From assembly GCF_009914755.1 (NCBI RefSeq), contig NC_060934.1: DNA of 64,000 nt; one strand, written 5' to 3'. This DNA comes from the human T2T-CHM13v2.0 reference genome, Homo sapiens. The notes under the pieces are model-generated. The model saw nothing but the letters and a program-made list of their open reading frames with translations. It did no database searches and was not told where the DNA came from. Below are positions 1 to 32,592 of the stretch, one piece after another; positions within the stretch are counted from its first letter, which is position 1; each line of letters starts with the position of its first letter. A program made the translations under genes and the position numbers.

Positions 1-160
1 ATCCTTATTACTTAGCATAGTACTTGCCTTCATTAAATGCTTGTTTAATGAATGAGTGATTGAATGAATGGATTAGAAAGAAAAGAGGGAGAAAGAAAAA
101 GAATGAAAGGAGAGAAGATGGATGAATGAATAAAGAATTATTTACCTTTTAAAAGTAGGC

Positions 161-3210
<3,050 letters not shown>

Positions 3211-3884
3211 TATAGGCTACTGGGCACATAATAGATAATCGATGAATATTTATTGAATGAATAAGTATTGGGTTTTGATATTGAATAGTGCCTTCCACTT
3301 CCCAAACACTGAAAAACCCAGTGTGAAATTCCTTTTAAAATTTATTATTAATATGAGTCTAGAATAAATATTGTAATATATATCTATTATTTCAGTCTTT
3401 TCAGCAACCCTTCCTCTTTCCTTCAAGATGACAAAACTAGTCTGTCCTACTGGGAATGAACTCAGTGTGGACTCACTCCCTCTCCTCCCTGGCTATAGGA
3501 GATATCTTGTGACCAAGACTTATCCCATCAGAAAATTACATTCCTTAGCTACCCCCACTCACTTCCCACCACATTGTTGGTTCCTGATGCAAGTCAAGCT
3601 GCCCTGTGACTTTTCTGCTACAGCTAATAAAGAAGATCATCTCTATCTGCTGGAGTTAATTGTGGGTATACTTTGGAGTCTGGAGCTGGGGGCAGCCATC
3701 TTTCCCACCTTAGGGTTAGAACCTGTATGTAGTAGCAAGCCAATCAGAAGCAAGAAGAATTGAAAGGTAGAGAGGGAAGGAGGGAGAGAAAGAGAGAGAG
3801 AGACTGTTTTCTCATCACCAAACAACTCATATTTATTCCTTTTTAAAAGTAGGAATATATTTTTTGTTTTGTCTATGAAAATAA

Positions 3885-5882
<1,998 letters not shown>

Positions 5883-5957
5883 GAAAATGTATAAATATTT
5901 AGTTTAAAGAAAAATAATCAAAAGCAGAAGATAGACATTTTATCTGTAAGAGGGAGG

Positions 5958-6692
<735 letters not shown>

Positions 6693-6837
6693 AGGTTATA
6701 AAAGCAAGATGGTAAAATGAAATCATATCTTGAAAGACTTTATAAATTACAAACAAGAACATGTAAATGAATAACTTTTGGATACTCTTGACATTCTTTT
6801 CCAACATGATAGGCTTCTTTTGAAATGGGAGCCAATT

Positions 6838-6875
6838 GCCTGGCATGTTGGCTCACGCCTGTAATCCAAAAAAAA
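6838..6875 (+). mobile_element. Alu 5' stub (30 nt plus A8) with a perfect 16-bp TSD
   Basis: GCCTGGCATGTTGGCTCACGCCTGTAATCC followed by A8, flanked by GAAATGGGAGCCAATT at 6822-6837 and 6876-6891. Confidence 0.85.
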
Positions 6876-7271
6876 GAAATGGGAGCCAATTATAATAGAA
6901 ACCATTACATTACTATAATGAAATACCTTTGACAGAATCATTTTCAAAAAGAGATGTAGGGAGCATGAAGCTGCTCTCTGTGAGTTGCCACTCACCCTTT
7001 ATGCTTCCCATTTACAAACAACAGCTCTGTTTTTATTGTCCTGTTTCCTGGTTATTTTAGGAGAGCTAACACTTTGTCCCATAATAAAGAAACTTGTTAG
7101 GAGTAAAGACATTGTTAGGAACAACTGTGGATGAGACTCTAAATCATTGCCATAGAATTCTAGGAAACTACTTCAAATTGAACATTTCTGCTGACCTTTT
7201 ATCTGAGTTATTAAAGAGAAAATGGCAATGAAGCCCTGTAGAGCCCCATCTAAAAGTGTGAAAGATTAGTA

Positions 7272-10605
<3,334 letters not shown>

Positions 10606-12291
10606 TATTCTTTTTGGCCCATAAATTGATCTTTCTGTTTCAGACTCATCTTTGAATTAATAGCGCTTCACATCTTGATCCGAGAATATTTCCCTTCGCC
10701 ATTTGAGCTTTGCATTTAGTAGTACTCGTTAATGTGACCATGTGATTGTATAACAAAATACATAATAATCACAATCTTCAAAAATTATAATGGATATTGT
10801 AAGGATAATAATCCTTTTACTGGTAGGATATTACTTATTATCTTCCACCCTTCTGGTATTTACATGAGACTGGTGAATACCCCTTTACATTTCCTAGGTT
10901 TAACACACACACACAAAACTAAACAGATTTTAAGCTCTCTATCAACTGTTGTTGGATTCTAAGATCCCTCACTACCAACACACCTTTCTGAAGCACTTTG
11001 CAAAAATCCTGGAATAGCTAGGATCAACTGAGTAGTATCCTTATTTGATAGCTGGTGTTTGTTACCTAGACAACATGGCTATAGACAGCTCTGAATTAAT
11101 AAGCTGCTTCTTGGTTAGGGATAATAATATGAATCAGAAGAATTTTTAATTGCCAACAATCTTGCGGAATAATTTTGTTTTCTTAAAGCCTGTTCTCTGT
11201 AGCCTATTCTATTTCTGCAAATGTTCTGCAAAGAATGACAGTATAAATAGTAATATTTTCCAAATAGAATTGATCTGGCTCAAACTCACAGAGTACTAAG
11301 TACCTAAAAGTGCCAGTAGAAATAATTGAAAGGACATTCCTCTTTATATAGAGATGTTCTAGAGAGATCCAAGATCTTTTATAGCATTGATGCCAATTCC
11401 CTGATCATTACTACATTTTTGTGGGGGAGGAGGGAGGAAGATGAGTAAATGCTTTATCATTTCTTTCATAGATAAATAAACTGGGGTACCAAATTGGCCA
11501 ATTTCTTGTCTGAGACCATAATGGTACATCAATTGCAGAAATAACATTGCTGCATCCTCTTATTTGTTAGCTAACAGAGTGTTTTTTCTGAATTTCATTG
11601 CTAACATAATTGAGATCCCCAGTAATAATAGGAGATGGTGAGGGCAGAGTGATGATAATGAGCCAGAGATAGAACTGAAAATAGAGTCCAAGGCTTTTAA
11701 CTCCTTGCTCATTGATCCTGCCATTAAGCTGCAAGACTAAATTACTGAATTTCATCAAAAAGTGTTACCCTAATGCTATGAGAGGCTAACCAGCATTAGT
11801 ACTTTTCATTATATATGAGCAGAATAATTCATTTTTTTAGCCTACCTGAGGGGAAAAAAATCTCCAATGGAAATTCTTTTTGGACATTGTTGTTTTTTCT
11901 ATTTCAGTATTTACTTGTGTGATACAAAAGGATCTCGGTTGACTGAAGCTTGTTAGGAGTCAGGAAATAATAAAGACATTACGAGTTAAAAACAATCATC
12001 TCTTTGCTTAAAGAAGGTGTGAATCAGCAAGCTGGAAAGCTCAGTTTTTCAGTGTGTTGGTTAGTCTATTGTCAGTCTGAAAGGTAATGTGGTCCATTTC
12101 AAGCTCTGAGAATAGAGCAGGGAAGAAGAGGAGAAAATAGAAGAGAAGGAGGGGGGCCATCTTTTGTCCTACATTTAAAACATCTGTTGCTTAACCTTAC
12201 AAATATGGATAAAAGAGACCAGTCAGAAATCATGAGGCTTTTCACCTAATTTGAAAAAGATTCTAAGAGATACAATACAGTGAGATGAGTT

Positions 12292-16518
<4,227 letters not shown>

Positions 16519-16645
16519 TCCCTTTTCATTTTCTATGGCTATTTTGGGAAAAGAGTAACAACAGCGGGAGTGCAGGCAGAGCAGTCCCTAAGCAACGTTA
16601 TGATGTATGTGCTTGATACAAGTCAGTCACAAATTGTTCAGTGCA

Positions 16646-18132
<1,487 letters not shown>

Positions 18133-18191
18133 TAAAAGGGGACCACTGTGGGTGGAAATCCAGTCTGTGCTCCAAGATGTGCAACAGGGGT

Positions 18192-25308
<7,117 letters not shown>

Positions 25309-26094
25309 TAGCATTTTGAAAATATATTAGTTTAGTTTAAGAGGAGCTGAAATTTGGACAAAACCCGGCATGATATAAAGATGTATGGGACCTTGAAGAA
25401 GGCAGACTAATATGGCTCAGTATTTGATGAATTTTTGAAGACTTTTAAGGGACCAAAATAATTTTTTTAGACTTGCCATACTTTGTGAAATTCTTTTAAG
25501 ATATCAGCATTGGAAGCTCCTATAAATATAAGTGTTGTATAAAAGAGGCAATCTAAGGAGGCAATCTAACTGACATCATCTAAAGTTAGCTTCAATTAAT
25601 TTGCCAGATTGGCACCTCTAACCTGGAAGAGCTCTGTAGGAGAAAGATAGTAACATAAACAATTTTGATATGAAATATACATAGAATGGTGAAAGAAGGG
25701 AACTGTGGCCCAGCCAGTCAAAATAGCCTAATTAAGTAGATGTGATAATCAAGGCCTATGACAGACCTCCCAGTCAGATCAGCTCAGATCCAGGACCGAG
25801 ATACTGAGATAGAAAGTCAAACAACAAATTATGAGAAGATGCAAGAGGGAGAGTTTAATTTTACTGGGACATTTACCCTCAGATGCGACCAAGCTGGTAT
25901 TCAAAAGAACAGTAGGACAGGTGGCTACAGGGAGAGTAGGAGCAAAGAGTGGAGGTTGGAAGTGTCAGGGCATGTTCAGGGTACGGAGAGTAGATATCTG
26001 GGCAGGAGGCCGGGTGCGGTGGCTCATGCCTGTAATCCTAGCACTTTGGGAGGCTGAGGCGGGTGAATCACATGGACAAACCCTGTCTCTACTA

Positions 26095-26331
<237 letters not shown>

Positions 26332-27162
26332 TCAACCCTATTAGAGAAAGTTGTGATCTTTTGGCCCTTTTAAATGCTCTGGAATGGATGGTGTTGGGTT
26401 CCATAAGAATGTGAGCCGAATTCTTATTCACTTAGGAGGTGTGGTTTATTTAAGTGTAAAATTAGTGTCCCACCCCTTAAATCACTTCTGATAGAGACAA
26501 AAGACTTCCTATATCAAGAAGTCTAGTAAGCAGAAGATTACGGGAGACCACACGTCAACGGAACACAAAAAGGACAGCTTTAAAGTATGCTGCCAGCCTC
26601 TCAGATTCCGAGAAACACGAACAAAGATAATCCTATTTGAACAAGCCCTGCCCTTCTCAACTCAATGTTTTCCTGGAGTTCTGCTCTAGACAGAAAAACT
26701 TGCAGATTGGATGTTCCTGACCTAAAACAATGTTAGATTATAAGGCCACTAAGTTATAAAATGAATGTGGAGTCTGTCATCCTTTGGAGACCAGGACATG
26801 AGCCTCCTTCCACACAAAACATTTTACAGGGAATATATAAATCTATCTCTGACTTAGTATTTTTATTTATTCACTTTTTTGAGACATAATCTTACTCTGT
26901 CATCCAGGCCCTATCAGTGGCCCTATCATAGCTTACTGAAGCCTCCAACTCCTGGGTTTAAGGGATCCTCTCACCTCAGCCTCCTCAGTAGCTGAGAGTA
27001 CTGACACGCATCACCACACCTGGCTAATTTTTTTGTAGAGCTAGGGTCTTGCCATGTTGCCCAGGCTGGTATCTCTGATTTAGAGTAGGGTCGAAATCTA
27101 TATTAGAGTAAGGGAAATGGGAGTGTTGGAGGAAGAAAAAAGAGAAAAATGAGGAAGGAAAA

Positions 27163-27164
<2 letters not shown>

Positions 27165-27196
<32 letters not shown>
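27165..27196. repeat. (TG)n microsatellite
   Basis: Direct reading of the sequence. Confidence 0.95.
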
Positions 27197-27198
<2 letters not shown>

Positions 27199-27701
27199 GT
27201 GAAAATAAATATAGATATAGACAGAAAAATATATGTCCTGCAGTTTAAGAGTAGAACCCTTCTCAACTACACTGACTAGAAATATTTATGATCCAGAGGA
27301 GCTGACAGAAAAAAGACAGAAATCATCACAGAAACTAGGAAGTCATGGGAACAGGCGTGGTAGTGATGAAGAGATGACTGCAGGTGGATATATGAGGAGA
27401 AATGGGAATAAAAACATCTGGAAAAACAGTAAAGCATAGCCAGCAAACAGGTCTAGGCTGTGGTTCGTGATAAATATTGGAAGGCGAAACCCTTTCCTTT
27501 TGGCTTTCCTCTTCGTATACCTTTTCCTGTTAAATACTGTTGATTTCACTTGAATAATAATTCGTATTATCAGTAAACAATGAAATGCAGCCCCTAGATC
27601 TCTGGGCAGATTCCTTTTATGCTTTCCTGATCATGTCAATGAACCGTGTGCATCACCTACCCTAGCTATTCTGGAATGTTTAGGCAAATACTCCACTGAG
27701 T

Positions 27702-27727
27702 TGAGTCATACTTGAGAGCTGACGTCA
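27702..27727. promoter_or_regulatory. Adjacent AP-1 (TGAGTCA 27702-27708) and full CRE (TGACGTCA 27720-27727) motifs
   Basis: Exact consensus matches; function is inferred. Confidence 0.5.
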
Positions 27728-27737
27728 GTGTACATTT

Positions 27738-27898
27738 TAGTAGAGAACCCAGTTAAGGTTTCATGCTCCAGGAAGCCTGTTCTGATTAGTTTTAGCTTAA
27801 AAAAAAAAAAAAGATAGTAGAGAACCTAGTTAAGGTTTCTTGCTCCAGGAAGCCTGTTCTGATTAGTTTTAGCTTAAAAAAAAAAAAAAAAAAAAAGA
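27738..27898. repeat. Two-copy tandem duplication (77 and 84 bp)
   Basis: 27738-27814 and 27815-27898 differ by 2 substitutions and by A14 versus A21. Confidence 0.95.
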
Positions 27899-30418
27899 TC
27901 AACCTGTGCTTAAGAGTTGGCACAGAAAACAATTCTGCAGCCATGTTGGTTTTAGTGACCATGTTTTTAAAATTACAAAGTAATATGCAGGTGAGAACAA
28001 TTTACTTTTCATATATATATAAATTGTAAGATGTGTATACATATACATCTTAAATTCAAGCAGATGAGAATACTTTAAACCATTCAGAAGAATAGCTACC
28101 CCTTAAAACTTCCCAGAGGTAACATGTTTTCTTCTGGAAATTACCATCTATCTAAGTTATACATATATATAAATTACTTTAAAAAGGGTCATCTATACTG
28201 TGTTATCTATATTATTTAAATGTATAGATAGCACCTGTAATCCAAGCATTTTGGGAGGCTGAGGTGGGAGAATCACTTGAGGTCAGGAGTTCAAGACCAG
28301 CCTGGCCAACGTGGTGAAACCCCCATCTCTACCAAAAATACAAAAATTAGCTGGGCGTGGTGGTGCAACACCTGTATTCCCAGCTACTCAGGAGGCTGAG
28401 GCGAGAGGATCGCCTCTGAACCCAGGAGACAAAGCTTTCAGTGAGCCAAAATCGTGCCACTGCCCTCCAGCCTGGGCGATAGAGTGAGACTTCGTCTCAA
28501 AAAAATATATATATACACATATATAAATAAAAATATATATATTATATAATAAAAAAGTATAGATAGAATAATTTTTTTTTAAGAGAGAGAGTCTCGCTCT
28601 CTCACCCAGGCTAGAGTGCAGTGCCATGATCATAGCTCACCATAACCTCAAATTTCCTGGGCCCAAGCAAGCCTCCTGCCTCAGCCTCCTGAGTAGCTGG
28701 GACTACAGGCGTGCACCACCACACCCAACTAATTAAAAAATATATATTTTTAGAGATAGGGTCTCGCTGTGTTGCCCAGGCAAGTCTCAAATATGTGGTC
28801 TCAAATGATCCTCCTGCCTCAGTCTCTCAAAGAGCTGGGATTACAGATATGAGCCACTGTGCTTGGCCCTCAATTTTTTAATGGTTGAATAATTTTCTGT
28901 TACAAAGTTAGTGTCTAATGTATTTAACCATTTCCCTATTGGAAGACATTGAGGTTTTCTTCAACTTCTTTCTCATGAAAGTTACAATTTTTAAAAGTTT
29001 TCTGTGGTTGTCTTGCCCTCCTTTTTAAATGTAGTATCTCTGGAGTGATCAGCACAATCTCTGGCACATAGCAGGTATGTTAATTCCCTTTCCTTCTCTC
29101 TCTATATAATGTGTGTGTATATACAGGCACACACACACATACTTTTTTTTAGGTTTGAGAAGAACTTTCTGTTGAGCTATCTACACTTTCTCCTTATCAG
29201 GCTTGGCCAACCAGCTCATATGAGATATGTCCTTTGCAGCTATGAAGAAGTTTTTCTCTGTGAGGAGATAATTGATATTTGTTTAAATTAATTGCCGGCC
29301 TTGGATTATCAACACCCAGAACTGAGTATAGTCAGTGAATCCTCAGATTTATACAGCCTATCTCTCTCTGGTGCATCAGTGGTTTCATCTTAGTAGATAA
29401 AAGATGACACATTTTGGTAAATAGGTAGGATGAAAACTTTTGCTAATACTGCCCATTTCATGTTTGTGCACTTAAAAGTATTATTTACTTAGTTCTTTTG
29501 CTAATGCATATGAGTAAATCTCACTGCAGGATGCACATCTAATTTTCATGCTTGGAAAAATAGAGTAAAGGCAATTCTAGTAAAATTTCTTAAAGTGGAA
29601 AGTGGAAATGGAGCAATCCTGATTCATAGCTAGATCTGGTGACAGCACAGAAAATAAAAACAAAACTAAAATCCATGGTGATCTCTGTAAGAAGGCATGA
29701 AGGGGTGAGAGAGAAAATGGCACAGCATGGGTAAATACATCAAATGCAGTTGGGATAAATATAGATGGGTGGAAAATAATTGTAAGGGAAATTGTTCCAG
29801 GAATGTCATGGATTTCCAACTAGGGGGATTACTGTGTGCAGCTGTTGAATGGGGGCTCATTCTTGAGGTCTCAAGTTCCACCTGTTGGGCAATAAAGCCT
29901 TTTGAGTGAGTGACATGATATCTCCCCCGGAGAAGCCAATCATCTCACTGTTTTGGTGTAGGTGGGGCATAAGGATTAAACAAACAAAAAACTTCCACGT
30001 CATTTTTTAGCTATTCTTGGCCAAGAAGGTACCATTTCAGTCAAACTTTAAAGAATATTCTTAGAATAAGTGATAACATTTTCTTCGTATTTATGTGTGT
30101 GTTTTGTTTTTGTTTTAAATTTATCATCTAAGGCTACACTACAAAGATGTTTTCCAAAATTTAAAATAATGCTTGTATTTGCTTCCCAAACTATTTTCCT
30201 GCTCCAGATTTTAAAAAGAGGTGTGAGAATTTAATCAGCTCATAATAATAAACAGCTAGCAAGGAAATACTCTTCTAAGGAAATTCAGGACCCAAAATCT
30301 TTCTTAGGCAGTATTCAAGGAGCCCTCATTGTGAGTTTAAGTGGAAAGAAGTGTTTTTCAAGAGAAAGTGTTTGTTATTCCAAAGCGTATTCTGATAACT
30401 ATTTCGGCAAAATTATGA

Positions 30419-30652
<234 letters not shown>

Positions 30653-30895
30653 TAGCCAGGATGGTCTCGATCTCCTGACCTCGTGATCCGCCCGCCTCTG
30701 CCTCCCAAAGTGCTGGGATTACAGGCGTGAGCCACCGCGCCCGGCCTTACATGATTTTTTATTACGTTATTAATGTGTTCTGTTTCTGTAAATGCACACA
30801 CAGTCAAATATGATAAAATAGTGCTGTTTCTGGAGAGTGTGAGAATATCCGTATAAAGGTGCTGTAAAAATGAATTGGGTATTTGAGATGTATAC

Positions 30896-30901
30896 ACGTC
30901 A
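30896..30901. promoter_or_regulatory. CRE half-site ACGTCA at -620 to -615 from the MCU ATG
   Basis: Motif seen directly. CREB regulation of the MCU promoter is reported and I recall a site near this offset (unverified). Confidence 0.5.
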
Positions 30902-31359
30902 GTTAATTCACTCTGAAGGCATGTACTCATTCTGGGACTTTGATATTGTAATCGTTCTACCTCTCCTATATTATGCTACGCATCACAGTCATTAGATCAC
31001 TCCGTGATGTAGAGTTAATTTCAGCATATCTAAATATTATCAGTTATGAATGATAATTCTAGGCGTGTAGTTGAGAGTTACAGCATACACAGTTAATGGT
31101 TATTAATTTGGTGCCTATTTTGCCAACTTAGAACACTCACTTAGAACTCAACTTCGAACAAAGCTTTTCACAAATATCTATATCCCCCGTTACTCTTATC
31201 ATAGCTCTATTGTTGGTGAAGATTAGCCGAACTGAACATGCCATCTCTATTGCTGTTATTTTCACGGGTTTGGGTGTCAATTATGGGTTCCCTAGAATTT
31301 GCCCGTAATTGACTATGTCCCACTATAGGTAACTCTGGAAGGGACTGGCAGCTTCCAGT

Positions 31360-32210
31360 GTGGTTCTCCCGCCTGTCGATTGGACCTTGCAGGAAGCCCC
31401 GCCTCATCAACTCAGTCAAGGGCTTTAGTTGGCCCGGCGTCGGTGAGTGGCGGGTCTTAGCTCCGCCCTGGCCGTCCGCTGCGCTGCCTGGGTCGGCGCC
31501 GTTTCCAGTTGAGAGATGGCGGCCGCCGCAGGTAGATCGCTCCTGCTGCTCCTCTCCTCTCGGGGCGGCGGCGGCGGGGGCGCCGGCGGCTGCGGGGCGC
31601 TGACTGCCGGCTGCTTCCCTGGGCTGGGCGTCAGCCGCCACCGGCAGCAGCAGCACCACCGGACGGTGAGCGAGCGCGCCCGGAGGCTCCGGGGAGGGCG
31701 GGGCGGCGCTGGCGTGTGGGAGCCGCCGGCGGGCAGGCCGCCGGGGCAGCAGGCGAGTTACCTCAACTCCCGGCCGCTCCGGAGGTTGCCGGGCACCGAG
31801 GAGCCGCCGTGCCCTTCAGGCGCCTGCGGCGGCGACCAGGAAGGGAGGGCGGGCGGGAGGAAGCCGAGAGGAGGAGGAGGGGCGACGGCGGGGATGTTCC
31901 CGCAGGACTGGGGACACCAGGGCGGGGAAGGCACGGGACTTGAACCTCTCCCCGACTCGCCCCCAATCGCGTTCCCTCCCTTCTTCGTTCTTAACAGCCC
32001 TGCCCCAAGGCTCCCTGAACGGAGCCAGATGGAAGTTGTCCCCTTTCCCTCCTCCTCCGGGCGGGTTGGGGAGTTCTGAGTTGCCGCGGCCGCCTTGTGT
32101 GTGCCAGGAGAGTGGCAGTGCCATGCTGCTGGGAGCTGCCCCGGAGAGCAGCCCAGGACCCCGGCGGGGCCGCCCCTCGTCCTCTCTCGTCCCCGAGGGG
32201 TCGGGCAGGA
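31360..32210. promoter_or_regulatory. MCU: CpG-island promoter of MCU
   Basis: Abrupt rise in GC and CpG density. Reverse CCAAT (ATTGG 31379-31383), GC boxes (CCCCGCCT ~31397; CTCCGCCC ~31461), Inr-like TCCAGT with A at 31507, no TATA box. Confidence 0.92.
31516..31665 (+). CDS. MCU: MCU exon 1 coding part (aa 1-50, mitochondrial presequence region), phase-0 donor at 31666
   Basis: Translation MAAAAGRSLLLLLSSRGGGGGGAGGCGALTAGCFPGLGVSRHRQQQHHRT matches the human MCU N-terminus as I recall it. It is exactly 150 nt, ends at donor ACG|GTGAGC, lies in a CpG island, and is Arg/Ser/Leu-rich with no acidic residues, as expected for a presequence. Confidence 0.97.
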
Positions 32211-32394
32211 AGGAAAATCAAACTTTATTCCCCTCTGTGACTTCCTCTGTGTGTGTGCATGGGGAACCGGCTCCCTCGAGATGGATGCTGCATTGCTTCA
32301 GGAGGCAAGCTTCATCCTCTTGGGTCCTTAAAGGTGCTTTTGGGGGTCCTTTCGAGGGCTACTGTATAAGCGTGTTCACGCGTGCCTGAAGCGG

Positions 32395-32430
32395 GAAGGG
32401 TGGTCAGCAGGCACAGGAGAAGCGAATATG
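32395..32430 (+). other. MCU: Candidate alternative first exon (1b) of MCU contributing only a start codon; 5' boundary uncertain
   Basis: GCGAATATG|GTAAGT: ATG at 32428-32430 immediately followed by a consensus donor, phase 0 like exon 1, with A at -3. TATAAG at 32365 and CACGCGTG at 32377 lie upstream. Confidence 0.7.
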
Positions 32431-32533
32431 GTAAGTTGTTGACAGAGGCAGAGATTTGGTGGTTGTATTAACCAGTTGTTGCTGGGTTTCATTGGCTGGC
32501 AGAAAAAGAGGATTTCTGTTTGAACACTCTTGG

Positions 32534-32537
<4 letters not shown>

Positions 32538-32577
<40 letters not shown>

Positions 32578-32592
32578 CAGAGTGTGAGAGAG
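32538..32592. repeat. Compound (GT)n(GA)n microsatellite
   Basis: Direct reading; about 110 nt downstream of the candidate exon 1b donor. Confidence 0.95.

Noticed and set aside
27738-27898. CRISPR-like or retroposed repeat array
   Set aside because: Only two head-to-tail copies with no spacers or TSDs in eukaryotic DNA; a simple tandem duplication.
31529-31537. Internal donor CAG|GTAGAT in exon 1
   Set aside because: Poor match at +4 to +6 compared with the authentic GTGAGC donor, with no other support.
31516-32079. 187-aa ORF as a single-exon protein
   Set aside because: Similarity to MCU ends at codon 50, where a canonical donor lies. The remainder is GC-rich intron that lacks stops for compositional reasons.
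31207-32389. Overlapping and antisense ORFs in the CpG island (31207-31659 -, 31940-32389 +, 31816-32124 -)
   Set aside because: Low-complexity Gly/Pro/Arg/Ala translations with no recognisable homology; expected in GC-rich DNA.
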